A DNA stretch of 64,000 nt. Origin: Craspedostauros australis. Lineage: Eukaryota. The notes under the pieces were generated by a model. It did no database searches. It worked only from the letters and a program-made list of their open reading frames with translations, and was not told the origin of the DNA. Of the stretch, positions 9,199 to 21,618 are shown one piece after another. The position numbers were made by a program, and so were the translations under genes. The DNA lies in NCBI GenBank assembly GCA_030167865.1, contig JALAGF010000963.1:1-64000 (forward strand). The letters run 5' to 3'. The stretch's first letter is position 1. The number at the start of each line of letters is the position of its first letter.

Positions 9199-10659
9199 AT
9201 GAGGCAACCAACGAGCAGGTTGAAGTCGCCGAGCGCAGTCATTGGACTCCTGTGCGTGATTTCCCTGCTATCTCTGGCCAGAAGTCCGTTGAAAGATGGT
9301 CGGATCTACCAGCCCGGGAAGTTCGAAACCGCATTGGACGACCACTCCTCAAGAGATGGCATCAATGTCACCGCGGAGCCACCCACGGCAACGCCGACGA
9401 TTCAAGCCGTCGAGACAGCCAGCCACGTTTCGCCAAAGCCATTGTCACAGATACCATCGGAGCTCACAGTTGTGGTGCAACAGAACATCTCCTTTCCGCA
9501 ATTCATGACGATGCAAGAATACGATCCAGGGTTGGCCGATCCTCCCAATCCAAATTGCGCCGTTACTGATGCGAGCCTTCCAGGAATCTACAAAGTGTCT
9601 CCCTTTCCCAGAACGTACCGGCTTCACAATATCATCAGATGCGTCTACGGCGATCCGCGCGAACTGTCCAGGCCAATCGCGAAGGGCAGGTTCGGTACGG
9701 TCGCGTGCTCCATACCGCAGCAAGCCAACATGCAGCACTTCCCGCACGCGCTGCAGTACATCCTGCCGTGCTGGTCGCTGTGGCGGCGGTATCCGACCGC
9801 TCAGCATGTCATGGTCATCAAAGCACATGAGTTGAAGTCGATGAATCAGAAATCCAGCTTCAACATGGGCATGGTGAAAGTGTTGACGTTCAACAATATC
9901 ACCATCGATGCAGTTTCAGACAGCGCAAAGCAGTACATTACCGACTACAACGGTGACAAGGACAAGCTGCTCGTCGCCGAGCCGCACGTCACCACGTTGT
10001 ATCGAATATCGCGCGAGGGTCACATGGTGGATTTTGTGCAGAAAAGCATGGCGTGCACCGATATGCAGAGAGACCAAACAACGTACTGCGCTGCGATGCC
10101 TCGTATTGTGAACAGGACGCAGCAACACGAAACGATAGCAGCGCACCGGCAGCAGCATTTGGCAAACCTCACGACACCGCGCATCGCCATTCTCAATCGG
10201 CGCCGCAGCCGGCGTCTGCTGAATTCCACCGCGATATCGCATATCCTGCGAGAACGGCTGCAGCTCCCCTACAAACCACCCGTGTTCTACTTCGAGACCC
10301 TGACGTTCGAAGAACAGGCCGAGGCCTTCGGACACGTCGACATTCTCGTCTCACCGCACGGAGCGCAACTGACCGGCATCTTCTTCATGCCGCAGTGCGG
10401 TTCCGTCGTGGAACTCTTCCCGCGCGGTTACTACAAACCACCGTTCTTTGGATCGTTGGCCGGCATCGCCAATCTACGTCATTCGCACATCTACTTGGGC
10501 ACCAATCTGACGCAGGAAATGGAGGACGGCATGAAATCGTTGAAGACCCGCAACGCCGCGCGCGCTCCGCCGCTATGTGCGCCCGTCGACAAGATCGTCG
10601 AAGCCGTGCAGGCGGAAGTGCAGAACTGGCGGCAATGCTGCGGCGGGTTGATGCGGTGA
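9199..10659 (+). CDS. GT61-like glycosyltransferase, copy 3
   Basis: Likely start MRQPTSR at 9199 followed by an anchor (VIGLLCVISLLSLA). Same HFPHALQ and DILVSPHGAQL motifs as copies 1 and 2. Confidence 0.85.
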   Translation: MRQPTSRLKSPSAVIGLLCVISLLSLARSPLKDGRIYQPGKFETALDDHSSRDGINVTAEPPTATPTIQAVETASHVSPKPLSQIPSELTVVVQQNISFPQFMTMQEYDPGLADPPNPNCAVTDASLPGIYKVSPFPRTYRLHNIIRCVYGDPRELSRPIAKGRFGTVACSIPQQANMQHFPHALQYILPCWSLWRRYPTAQHVMVIKAHELKSMNQKSSFNMGMVKVLTFNNITIDAVSDSAKQYITDYNGDKDKLLVAEPHVTTLYRISREGHMVDFVQKSMACTDMQRDQTTYCAAMPRIVNRTQQHETIAAHRQQHLANLTTPRIAILNRRRSRRLLNSTAISHILRERLQLPYKPPVFYFETLTFEEQAEAFGHVDILVSPHGAQLTGIFFMPQCGSVVELFPRGYYKPPFFGSLAGIANLRHSHIYLGTNLTQEMEDGMKSLKTRNAARAPPLCAPVDKIVEAVQAEVQNWRQCCGGLMR

Positions 10660-10973
10660 TGGTGGCACTTGTGTTGGCGGTGAACAAACGTGACGACGTC
10701 ATATAATATAATTGGATGGAACAACCGAAATCATTCGAAGGCGGCTGCTATCATAGAATAGAATAGTTAGTCATCGTTGGCCAGACCCGATGCTGACATT
10801 CGTCGTCACTGTTATCGCAGATGGGACCTCTCTCTCTCTTCCCCCGAGTAGCAGAATTCCGAATGGGTTGGACTCTGCGACTACAGACAGTACAGGTTGC
10901 ATCAATGGAAGTACCATCTGTGCTTCGCCCGTTTGCCGCAGATTCGCCTTCTTGTGGGGATCTTTCGCCAAAC

Positions 10974-11015
10974 CCATCAGCCATCAGCCATCAGCCATCA
11001 ACCATCAGCCATCAC
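10974..11015. repeat. (CCATCAG)x6 heptamer microsatellite upstream of the Tex gene
   Basis: Six units seen directly, two with a variant last base. Confidence 0.85.
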
Positions 11016-11127
11016 CAAATCGTTTGCATTTCGTCAGAAGGTCTGTCAGTGGCATCACACAGTACCATACTCGTCCCATTGGGACAGAGAGACGCATAAC
11101 AACCACCACACCACACCATACCACCCG

Positions 11128-13926
11128 ATGTTGTGGCGCCCGGTGGTCTGTTTGCAGATTCTGTCGCAACACGCACGGCAACAGCGGCATTGCAGAACAC
11201 CGCTGCGCTCCCTGTCGAACGTTCCTTCGCGAGCGATCCGTTGTGCGCGAACCGGCCGTTGGGCATCGTTCGCTGTGGATCGCAACTTCGCGACTGCAGA
11301 CATGCCGTCCAACGCCAGCGACTTTGCGACCGTCGATCCCGTCCTGCTGGCGAAGGCATGGTACCCCGATGTGCGCGGCGACAGTCAGTCCACGCATGGC
11401 CAAACGACGTACGTCAAGGCCGTGACGCGCTGCATTCAGCTGCTCGAGGATTCTTCGAGCATTCCATTCATCTGTCGCTACCGAACGGATCAGATCCATC
11501 CCTTGACGACGCAGCAGGTCCAGACGGTGTACAAACTCAAGACCAACCATGAGTCGCTGGGCACGATGCGGCACAAGCTGTTCGTCGCGCTCCAGCAGGA
11601 GGACGGGTCGCCGGTCACCAAAAAGACGCGGCTGTCACCGAAGAATGCCAAGCTGTGGCAGCAGATCCAGACCAGCACGTCGAAGGCGCAGCTCGATGAC
11701 TTCTACAAGCCCTACAAACCACCATCGAAGGGTTCCATCCTGGAAAGAATACGCGCCGATCATCCCGATCTCGTGGACAAGGTGGATCGATGGTGGGACG
11801 ACTCGAACGCATCGCATGATTGGAGCAAACTCAAACCGCGCGAGTCCGTCGTCAATCTGATCGGCATCAAGATCGCCCACGAACCGCAGATCAGCGCCGT
11901 GGTGTTCGACGAGACCATGAAGCATTGCAAGGTCAGCACCAAGATCGATTCGGCCAGCACAGCGCCGCAGATCAACACGTACAAGCACTACGATGATTTC
12001 ACCACGCCGCTCAAATGGATCAAACCGCATGAGATCCTCGCCATCCGCCGCGGCGTCGATCAGAAGGTCCTCAAACTGTCCTACGTCATCGATGCCGACA
12101 AGATGGAATCCACGATGCGCTATCATTTGAGGCAGGCCGATGGCGCGCCCAAGTCGTTGGTGCGATGCAACACGCTCCTCGCGGAAGGCATCCATGATGC
12201 CTGGACGCGGTTGTTGCGTCGGCAAGCGACGAGCCGTGCATGGAAGGAGCGTTGCAAGGAGGCGGAGGAACGTGCGATCGAGGTGTTTGCCAACAACCTG
12301 CATCATGCACTGTTGGCGCCGCCGTTATCTCCACCGAGGGCAGTTGTAGCGTTGGATCCTGGTTTCAAAGCCGGCATCAAGTGCGCCATCCTGGATGCTG
12401 TCGGAAAGGTGCATCGGTTGGAGACGATTCAATTCGTTGGTTCCGCGAGTCGGAAACATGCCGCCGTCAAGAAGATCGAAAGTATGATCGCGATGACGAC
12501 TGAGCTGGTCGCGAAAGATATCGCCTCTGGTTCCGACCTCGTTGTTGCGGTCGGCAATGGACATGGCAGCCAAGAATGCCAAGAACTGGTGGATGCCGCG
12601 ATGCAGAACGGTGCATCCTCCATCCCCGTCCACGTTGTAGACGAATCCGGAGCGAGCGTGTGGAGCATCACGCAGGAAGCACAAAGCGATTTCCCCGAGC
12701 ATCAGCCCGCCTCCATCGCCTCCGTGTCCATCGGCCGGCGCCTGCAGAATCCCCTGCAAGAACTCGTCAAGGTCCCACCCAAGAGCTTGGGACTTGGCAT
12801 GTACCAGCATGATCTGACTGAAAAGAAACTGGAGGAGCAGCTGGACATGGTCAGCGTGGATGCCGTCGCGACGGTCGGTGTAGACGTCAACACGTGCAGT
12901 CTGCAAATCCTCCAAAAGGTGCCAGGGTTGAACCGGCTGGCGAAGAAGATCGTGACCGCTCGACCGTTGCGGCGACGGCAGGATTTGCTGGAGGTCTCAG
13001 GTCTGGGCCCCAAGACGTTTGAAAATTGCGCCGGATTCTGTCATGTTGATGGCGATGAACCGCTGGACATGACGCCTGTGCATCCCGAATCGTACATGTT
13101 GGCACGGTGGTTGCTGAAGCGAGAGCAGTGGGAGCTGCAGTCCAACAACGACTACCAACGAGATCTTCCACCACGAAATCAATGGCGGTCTCACTTCCAA
13201 CCGCGCATGGAGCGCGCAGCTGAGAAATTTGGCGTGAGCAAGGACCGTGTCTTCGTTGTCATCGAGCAACTGTTGGATTCCATGAGCAACGTGGATCCGC
13301 GCATCGCTCGCATGGAGGCGGGCGACGGAAGTGCTGCCAAGATCCAAAAGATTGGGAAGACAGATGGATGCAAGCGGTTGGATCCCGATCTGCGTCATTT
13401 GGACAAGTTGGAGAAGGCGGTGCCTCTGCGTGGCATCGTGGGTTCCGTGCGGAACATTGCGGATTTTGGAGTCTTTGTTGATTTCGGCGGCGAAAGCGAT
13501 GGCATGGTGCATACATCGAACCTCGGCCGCGTCCCGATGAACAGCTTGTTGGTCGGTCAGCAGATCGGCGTAGATATCTTGCAGGTGGAGAATGAACGCG
13601 TGGCGTTGGCCTTGCATGGGTTGAACGCAGAGCACAAACCATCGCGCCAGAAGGGAGGAGGCAGGAAAAAGGCGCCGGCGACGAAGAAGAGAGCCGCAAA
13701 GACCGTGGTGAAGAAAGCCTCGGGAACACGCAAGCCAACACTGAAGTCCGCCTCTCGGTCAGCATCGAAGCCCAGGCCACGAGCAAGCGCAAAGACTCAG
13801 AGCAGCAGTACCAGCAAGCCAAAGCGAGGAGGTAGCTCTGCACGCAAAGCACCGGCCAAGAAAAGCAGACCAGCTTCATCGAGCGCGTCAGCCGCGACCA
13901 GCAAGAAGACGAGAACGAGGAAGTGA
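11128..13926 (+). CDS. tex: Tex/SRBD1-family S1 RNA-binding protein (YqgF-like, HhH and S1 domains)
   Basis: Motifs IPFICRYR, DPGFKAGIKCA, GNGHGSQE, VDESGASVWS, SIGRRLQNPLQELVKVPPKSLGLGMYQHD, VGVDVNTCS and S1 GSVRNIADFGVFVD. The start is uncertain (ATG at 11128 or 11302). Confidence 0.92.
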   Translation: MLWRPVVCLQILSQHARQQRHCRTPLRSLSNVPSRAIRCARTGRWASFAVDRNFATADMPSNASDFATVDPVLLAKAWYPDVRGDSQSTHGQTTYVKAVTRCIQLLEDSSSIPFICRYRTDQIHPLTTQQVQTVYKLKTNHESLGTMRHKLFVALQQEDGSPVTKKTRLSPKNAKLWQQIQTSTSKAQLDDFYKPYKPPSKGSILERIRADHPDLVDKVDRWWDDSNASHDWSKLKPRESVVNLIGIKIAHEPQISAVVFDETMKHCKVSTKIDSASTAPQINTYKHYDDFTTPLKWIKPHEILAIRRGVDQKVLKLSYVIDADKMESTMRYHLRQADGAPKSLVRCNTLLAEGIHDAWTRLLRRQATSRAWKERCKEAEERAIEVFANNLHHALLAPPLSPPRAVVALDPGFKAGIKCAILDAVGKVHRLETIQFVGSASRKHAAVKKIESMIAMTTELVAKDIASGSDLVVAVGNGHGSQECQELVDAAMQNGASSIPVHVVDESGASVWSITQEAQSDFPEHQPASIASVSIGRRLQNPLQELVKVPPKSLGLGMYQHDLTEKKLEEQLDMVSVDAVATVGVDVNTCSLQILQKVPGLNRLAKKIVTARPLRRRQDLLEVSGLGPKTFENCAGFCHVDGDEPLDMTPVHPESYMLARWLLKREQWELQSNNDYQRDLPPRNQWRSHFQPRMERAAEKFGVSKDRVFVVIEQLLDSMSNVDPRIARMEAGDGSAAKIQKIGKTDGCKRLDPDLRHLDKLEKAVPLRGIVGSVRNIADFGVFVDFGGESDGMVHTSNLGRVPMNSLLVGQQIGVDILQVENERVALALHGLNAEHKPSRQKGGGRKKAPATKKRAAKTVVKKASGTRKPTLKSASRSASKPRPRASAKTQSSSTSKPKRGGSSARKAPAKKSRPASSSASAATSKKTRTRK

Positions 13927-14121
13927 AGCTGTTCGGTGGAAGTGGAAGAACTCTGCGAATGTTCATTGTAGTGTACCATGCACACTCGTACGAGTAGTAG
14001 CGGAATACTCAAGCCTCTCTCTCTCTAGAGATTTCTGGTTGACTGATAGACTTAAACCGCGAATTAAACAATTGTATGATAGAGAGCAGGCGAACTATAG
14101 TTGCGCAGCGCATTCATCTCA

Positions 14122-16166
14122 TCACCAAAAGCTGGGTCTGCCCTTGTCGATTGGCGGTGAATCCTTGCATGGAATCTTGCTCGGCTTGTCGCGGTAGTGG
14201 CAAACGATTGCCGGTTCCGCCAGACAGCAGTCGAATCCAGTCAGACAGTTTGGTTTCGTGTACCACTCGCCCATCTGCTCGAAGTACAGCTTCTTGTTGT
14301 CCTTATTCTTCGTCCAGCTCATGTGGAAGATGTACGGATCGACGACGGCGTTTTCGTTGAAGATGGACTTCATAATGTCCTTCTGTCGATGGTACTCGAA
14401 ACCGCCTGGGAACGGATTGGTCACACCTCGGTTCCACGTCTTGACGCGCAATCCCTTCCAGCTGGCGTGCTCGTTGAGGAGGGCCGTGAGGGCGGCCTGG
14501 TGGCTGCTGGTGGCGGCGATGACATCACCGGCCCGCAGCAATTCGGAGAAGAAGAATTCCGTCTTTTCGTTGTTCTTGACGTAGTAGAAGCCTGTGAGGT
14601 GATCGGCGATGGTCGTGAGAAGTATGTATGTTTGGGTATTCAGTTGTTTGATGAATGCAATTGGCAAGCGTCCAATACAGAGAAGAAATGGTGAGACATG
14701 ATGAGAAGAACAACGCTGCAATGTGCGGCAGAGTGATGAAAGAAGCAGCGCATCAATCTCATATGGAGTACCGTATGTCGCCCATCAACGACAACAACAA
14801 CGTCCATCAATCACATTGCAAGCAAGCAAGCAGGCAAGTAAGGAAGCAAACGGGTAGCACATGACGCACCTGTGTTGGGGGAGTAGGGCGAGTAGCGGAC
14901 AGAGTGAGCACCGTCGTCCTGGAACATCATGTCCCATTCCTTGACGTTGGAGTCGTCCGTGAAGTAGTCGACCGGATTCTTGTACCAAACGACGTCGACG
15001 TCCTGGAAGACGAGGTTGTAGCCCAAGCTGGAAATGAGGTGTACGCAGTAAACCTTGGCCATCATCATCTTGGTGAAGACGCGATCGCCGTACGCGTTGG
15101 CTGCTTGCTCCGGCATGTCACCGAAGATGCCCTCATCGTAGAAGGAAGTGATGCCGAGGCTTTCACTCATCTGCTGGGTCTTTTCGTCCGTGGCAAAGAT
15201 GAGGAGGCGGGATGTGTCGAGGCCCTTGGCGCGGGCGTTGCAGACGAAGTTGTGGAAGAGAACGGCCTGACCCCAGTTGCAAACCAGCACGAAGATCGGC
15301 GCATCCCTGTCCCCGTTGGCGACCTTCTCGGTGATGGGCCGCAGCTCGTCGAGCAACCGCCTCAGATTGTTGAGGTACTCGACCAGGATGGGGTAGTACA
15401 TCTCCGTGTGCGTGCGTTTGACGGGTGTCTTCCCGTACGTGCCCTTGGCGGAATGGCTGCGCGACACGTACCGCAACGGCGTGGTGTGCTTCAGCGCTCC
15501 GTAGGACGGTAACCTCATGAACTTGTGCACGTAGTAGCTCTCCCACTGCGGCACCAGCGCCACGCATTCCAGTTTGTTGCCGCCGCGCTTGGCCGGTTCG
15601 GTGAGGACGACCTTGACGGTGTCGCACTCGGACGTCGCCTCGTCAAAGCTGAGGGAATGACGGTCAGGCGCCGAGCCCTCTTCGGCATGCTGGTATGACA
15701 GCGGGGTCGCTTTGTCGCTGGTGTAGAGAATGACGACCTCCTCGGAACCCTTGACATCGTCATCGTACGGAACGCCGACGTCCAGGTGGCTGTTGAATTC
15801 CTGGCGCGCGACCGTCGCGTAATCATGCACTATCTTGTCCACCGTGGCCGGGAAGACGCGGCCATCGCTATCGCCGGCATGCAATGGAACGGCCTCCATC
15901 TTGCGGATCACGGGCTCTGGACACGCAGGACAGGCCGGGCACTTGGTGGGTTCGGGCGCCGGAGCCGATGCCATTCCCATCAGCAGACCGGCGTAGAAAC
16001 AGCACGTTCCGAAGACGACCAAACTCAGTATCGGCTTGATGGGCAGCTTCTGCTGCGACTGCTTGCGCAGCCCCATTCCGTTCCTGCTGCCTGCACCCGA
16101 TGATCCGATCTTCGCGCGTCCGTGCAACGTCGCGGCGGACGACCAAGGGAAGGAGCTTGATGACAT
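14122..16166 (-). CDS. Nucleotide-diphospho-sugar transferase (GT77-like, PF03407-type); exons 16166-14870 and 14591-14122
   Basis: N-terminal transmembrane anchor, FQDVDVVW (DxD) and FQDDG motifs. A GT-AG intron at 14869-14592 joins PNTG|FYYV in frame. Paralog of 38718-41046. Confidence 0.88.
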
Positions 16167-18822
16167 TGCGTTCTCTGCTTTCTGCTGTCTGTCTGGCAGT
16201 TGTCTGTTACTGCTGATGTGGCCTTTCTCTCTGTCTCTCTCTCTCCGTCTACAGTATGTACACAGAGTCCTTTCAACAACCACCTGACACGAACAACGAC
16301 GCCTCGACTCGATACAAGTGAACACGTGAGCTTGGGCTGCTCTGCTTGGTTGTGACTATGGCAGAGCAGCGGAGGGTCTCGAGGCGACCATCTCCATGGA
16401 CCTGTGCATCCTCAGAACAGATGCAGGAGAGCGGTGCCACACACGGCTTGATTCCGCACAAAGTCCAACGGATTCATGTGTCCTGCTCATGACCGTGCGT
16501 GGTTGATGTTGTGGTCATTTTGGTGTATTCGTTCACGAGTTTCGTCGGTCTTGCGGGATATAGTTACTCACTTTTGAGATGTGGCTGTGCAATACCACGC
16601 ACGAAATCAAAACACCCGTTTGTACGGACAGACGCACATATCGTCGTGCAGTTTTGTGAACAGTATGTTTGCAACTTCGAACGGAACATGTTGCAGTTTG
16701 TTCGCAAAAGAAAGACGGCGATGCGGTGTGAGGCGAACCTTCCATCCCATGTACGGAATCATGATCGCGGCTCTTGCGCAGGCGCTATCGATGATGGATG
16801 ACGCGTCGTCGCACATGGACGCGCAGGTAACTGTTCGCCAATGGAAGGATGCTCACGCGACCAGACGTGGCATGTTGCGCCCCCAAGTTGGTCTCGGAGA
16901 TGTCGATGCCTCTTTCGTTCGATGCAGCACGAGCACACATGCATAAATAGTAGGAGAGCAGAGAGCCTTCGACAGACAAATGGGGGATTCGCGTCAGATA
17001 GTATCATCATTCGAACCTGCATGCACGTGCCTGCAACGACAACCGGCAAAATCGCCAACCCTCCATCACATGTCGACGCCCAAAGTGGGAAAATTGCGGA
17101 CCATCAGCGCATGGAAAGTGCCAATGAGGAGCAAAGAGCCACACACGCACGCACAGGTCAACCAAATGAGGTACTCTTCTGGGGAAGAATGATTCGATGT
17201 GAAACGAGTGTTGCGTTCGTGTCACCTACGCCATCGTCATCGTTGTCGTTGTTGGTCAGTTCCGGGAAGTGGAACATCAATCTCCAACAGAGGCGAATAA
17301 AGCTTGGTTGGGGTTTCCGCTGGTGCAGGTCGTGAATTCTGGTGTTTGGTTGGTGGTGGCTTGCTCAGATGTACAGTACAACAGCTTGTCAAGTTCGAGC
17401 TTCTCGAATGCAACATACTTTGCATACCTTCGAGTACGACCACACCCGTTCTATTGTCTGCCAAAGTACTCGTCATCACCTCAACATCTCTCAAGTCGAA
17501 GCGTCCTGTGCTTGTGGGTAGAACATGTACGATCCGCTTCTGTACTTTATACTCCACAAGTTCGTTATTCGCAGTCCTGAGGTTCCTTTCGATTGCACAG
17601 CACCAAATGACGAACTCCTGATGTGAAACCGCACCAAGTCCAGAATCAGCAGAAACTCAACTCCGCATCGCGGAAGTACCTCGATGCATGGCCATCGTAC
17701 TTCAGAGTACTGCTCTTCTGTCTTCTCCTTTTCTCTCAAGTAATACATGAAATAATTGAATATTGTTACATGTATAACAACATGTATTTTAATACTCTGC
17801 TGTAGGAGAGTACTCTGCTCATTCCAGAGGACTTCATCCCGCAACTGCGATTCTGTGAGACATCGAGAATGTTGCAGATTCCATGGGTGCCACGGCGCAT
17901 AAAGTCATGTCGTAGCTTGGTCAATGACTTTGCATCACGCCCACATTATGCGGTTATGTGATGCAGCGCGCTGTGCGGCGACGTATGCAACAAGACCAGC
18001 TTTGCGAAAGAAGTGAGAGACTCTTCCGTCCTCACGAAGGACCTTGGGTGAAAACGCTTCTCCTTCTGTGGACGTATGTACGACCAATGGTATGGGCGAG
18101 CCACCGCGCCCACGGCTCCTACCACATGCACCATGTTTGGGGTAACTGTGAATCGCCATGCCAGGGCGTGCATACACCTCGTGCGAGTGCGACTCCCTGG
18201 TCGTGCGCGCGACGAATCGAGAACGCGACGACCACACTCCGGTAGCTTTTCAACCGATACTTCACAGTTCTTGGGTCCAAGAAGTATAGTACCGTCCATC
18301 TTCGCTTATATCGTTGTCATACTCTTTGTACATTTTGCATGTCCGGGCATGGTCGGAGTAGTGCAAACCGTGCAGCACGAGCACTCCGCGGTCCTGTTCG
18401 TGAGTTTGCTTGGCATTCGTCCGAGAAGCAGGATCCTTCACGCAACCAACTCTGAGCGTCATTGGCCCTGTCCACAACGACGCGCCATTCCCCTCCATTC
18501 GCGCGTATCTTTGCCGTCGGAACGTCATGCTATTTCTTCAATCCCAAGGGGAGAATCGACACACAAACCAGCGATAAAAACGAAGAAACAGCGTCGAGCA
18601 ACGGACACGCGAAGAATGTGGGGGAAGGCCAATACGAACCGCACCAACTCAGTTTGGCGTTGCGGCTGTCCGTGAGGAATGATTGGTGGCGGGTCCAAAG
18701 CAGCTGCACGAGCGTGCGCGACCCACTCTCTAACCACTGGAACCACACCCATCATGATGGTGGCGTTGTGCCATAATTCTGACCACGAGCGTGCTCCTTC
18801 GTCTAATCCCAACTCAACCACG

Positions 18823-21618
18823 ATGCAACACTCACATCACGAGAAGTGCCAACAAGAGCGACAAGAGCAACAGCAGCGAGAGCAGACATACAAATCACAA
18901 CAACAGCAACAGCAAGCACTTCAACAATCGAGCACACAACAAACAGGCCCGCACAGACAGCAACAGCCCACATCGCAAGTTCAGCAAAGACTCCAAACGA
19001 ATCTCACAACATCAAACCAATCATCCAACCCGGTCCGCATACTCGTCAGCCAGACCGACGCGCAACCAGTCCCATTGCCATTCCACACATCCCCGTCGCA
19101 TCAACGAACGATGGCAATCTCAATGCTTGCATCACTGCCATCCTTCCCAGCTCAAAAAAGACCTTCGATAGCCCGACCGTCGCTGACCTCGCATCACACA
19201 TCACCCAATTTGACACCACCTGCGCACTCCTCAAGGTCAGCACCGCACATAGAATCAGAGAAGGAAGGAGTCGTAGCGGCAGCAGCAGCGCCAATGCCAA
19301 TGCCAATGCCAATGGCAACTACAGCATCGTCGGCGATGGCTACGACTCCGACCACGACCACGACTACGACTACCGGCATTTATTCACCGCTCAACTTCTC
19401 GCCCAACTCATCTCCAACCGCGATGATGAGCGTTTCAAGTTCCTTCCCTGTTCGATTGCAGCGGCTGCTGAGCCACGCTGAGGAACTGGGTTGCCAAGAC
19501 GTCGTGTCGTGGGATGATGACGGGATCATGTTCCGCGTTCACAACCGCAAAGCCTTCCAGTCGGGTCTGATGGCGCAGTTTTTCACAATGACCAAGTACA
19601 GATCATTCACTCGTCAGCTCAACCTGTGGGACTTCCAGGCCGTCATACATCGAGGCCGTGGATACACCGGATATTGTAAGTCAACTGAGAGATGATTGTA
19701 TTGATCAGCGCGATGTTCGACAGCTTGGAATGTTCGTTGATGGGCTCTTGTTGACCCTTGCATCCGGTTTCATACCTCCTGGACTGTTGAACCATCGCGA
19801 CACTTGTGCGTGGGTACCTTTTTGTCGAAATCGGATCTTGGGACCCTCAAAAGCATGAGACCTTTGTGGCCTCAACGACAAATCGGGTCTGCAACCTCTA
19901 TCATTATCAAATGTTGCTAAAGGTTGGCATCAAGAGACAAAAGAAACGACGTCCAAAAGAAGGTTCACTTGCAGCGGTCTGTTGCATCTGTTCCTCGGTC
20001 AGGGGAGATGCGTTGTGTCGGTCCCCTGGCTTCATGAGAGAATGGGCATTACGCCTATTCCAGCGTGTGTACCAACAACTGGTGACGAGTGTATCTCACG
20101 AGTGCTTTGTCCACCACAAAGCTTCTATTCTTCTATTTTCATCGTACTCTTCGTTTCTCCGTTTCTCTACATCGTCACACCCATCGTACCGGGCGCCCAT
20201 TGTGGTCCCGTTTTCACTCGCGTCGTTTCTTTTCTTCCGTCGTACTCGCATGGTGGGGCTTGCTTTGCCTATCTGGCGGTGTCAAACTACACCGCATTCC
20301 AACCTTCTCCTGGTTGTGCCACCTCTGCACGTACATTCTCGTCTTGTCAATCTCTTGACATCGGACTGATGCACCAATCTTCGGCACCGATAAATCGCTG
20401 CCCTTCATTGCAACACCCGGCCCATCGATATGCTACGCTATACCGCACCGTGCCATCCCTTGCACAGACTATCATCCGGAATTCCGCAAGAATCAGCCAC
20501 AAGCTGCTCTGAAGATGAAGCGAACAAAGATCAAGGGAATGTCAGCCAAGTCCAGACAGACTGTCTTCCTCAGAGATAGCATGGCAATGATGGAGTTGTC
20601 TCATCAGCAACAACAAGAACAGATGTATCAATCTGCACAATCTTCACAACCCACGATTACCACTGCAGCAGCGGGACTGTCACATCGAGACAATCCTTCG
20701 CACCAACAGGATGGAAGTAGAGAGCGCGTGGATCCTTTCGTTGATCAAGATGGCACAGATCAATCAACATCTTCATGCTCTTGGCCCTCTTCTCCGTCAC
20801 TTGCGACCGTAAACTCCTACTCAAGAGTTGCACCCCACGTCCATCTGCTCTCACATCGTCCACAGAGCAACGGCAGCCCTCCATCCTCTCGTAAACTGGA
20901 CATTCTGCCTTTGGGTCACAGAACCTCGGCTCAACCTGCACCATCCACCAATGCCAATACATTCCCAACACAGCTGTACTATCAATCCGCGCTGCAGTCT
21001 CTTCAAAGACAAAGGGCCGATTCTTCTTCTCATGGATCACCCGGTCCAGCCTGGCAGAGGCCACAACATGACACGCAGCAGCAGCAGCAGCGCTATCACC
21101 ATCGTGATGCTAGCAATAGCAACAACACCTCGGTGTACTCCGCAACACCATCAACTCGGCAATCCGAATCCGAATTCTTTGACACAGAAAGACAGCGCAT
21201 GCAATCTTCACCTGCTCGTCTCGATGAAGCCACCGCGAAGCCCGCAAGCTCGGAGGGGCTGATGCGAATGCCGGCGCTCGGGGCGACCCCTTTGACGACG
21301 ATTCGGGAAGGCATTCCCGTGCTTCAGATCCAGGCAGAGGATAGTACTGAAAACAGGGACACACAAGACGTTCCCGGAACCAATGCATCAAAGGATCGAA
21401 GCCTGATCACGACCAGGATTTCAGACGACCATCGCAACGATACCGGTCCTGCGATGAACCAACAGCAACGAGAGCACAGCAGCATCCAGAGCGAGATTTC
21501 AAGCCAAGCGCAGTTGCCAATTTTTGATGCGCTGGAGCCTCGAACTGTTGAGGAGATGATGCAGAATCCCCAGATGAATTTCTACAGAACCGATTTCGAT
21601 GAGATCAAAGAATCGTAA
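18823..21618 (+). CDS. Heat-shock transcription factor (HSF-type DNA-binding domain); exons 18823-19675 and 20468-21618
   Basis: FPVRLQRLL..VVSWDDDGIMFRVH..FFTMTKYRSFTRQLNLWDF. A GTAAG...CAG intron at 19676-20467 restores YYHPEFRKNQPQAALKMKRTKIKG. Flanks are Q/S-rich. Start codon is uncertain. Confidence 0.9.

Noticed and set aside
16400-18800. Many 60-200 aa ORFs between the GT77 and HSF genes
   Set aside because: No motifs or coding-like composition, so treated as a divergent promoter or intergenic region.
19676-20467. ORFs 19806-20369 and 19982-20512
   Set aside because: They lie in the HSF intron, whose removal restores the conserved DNA-binding domain.
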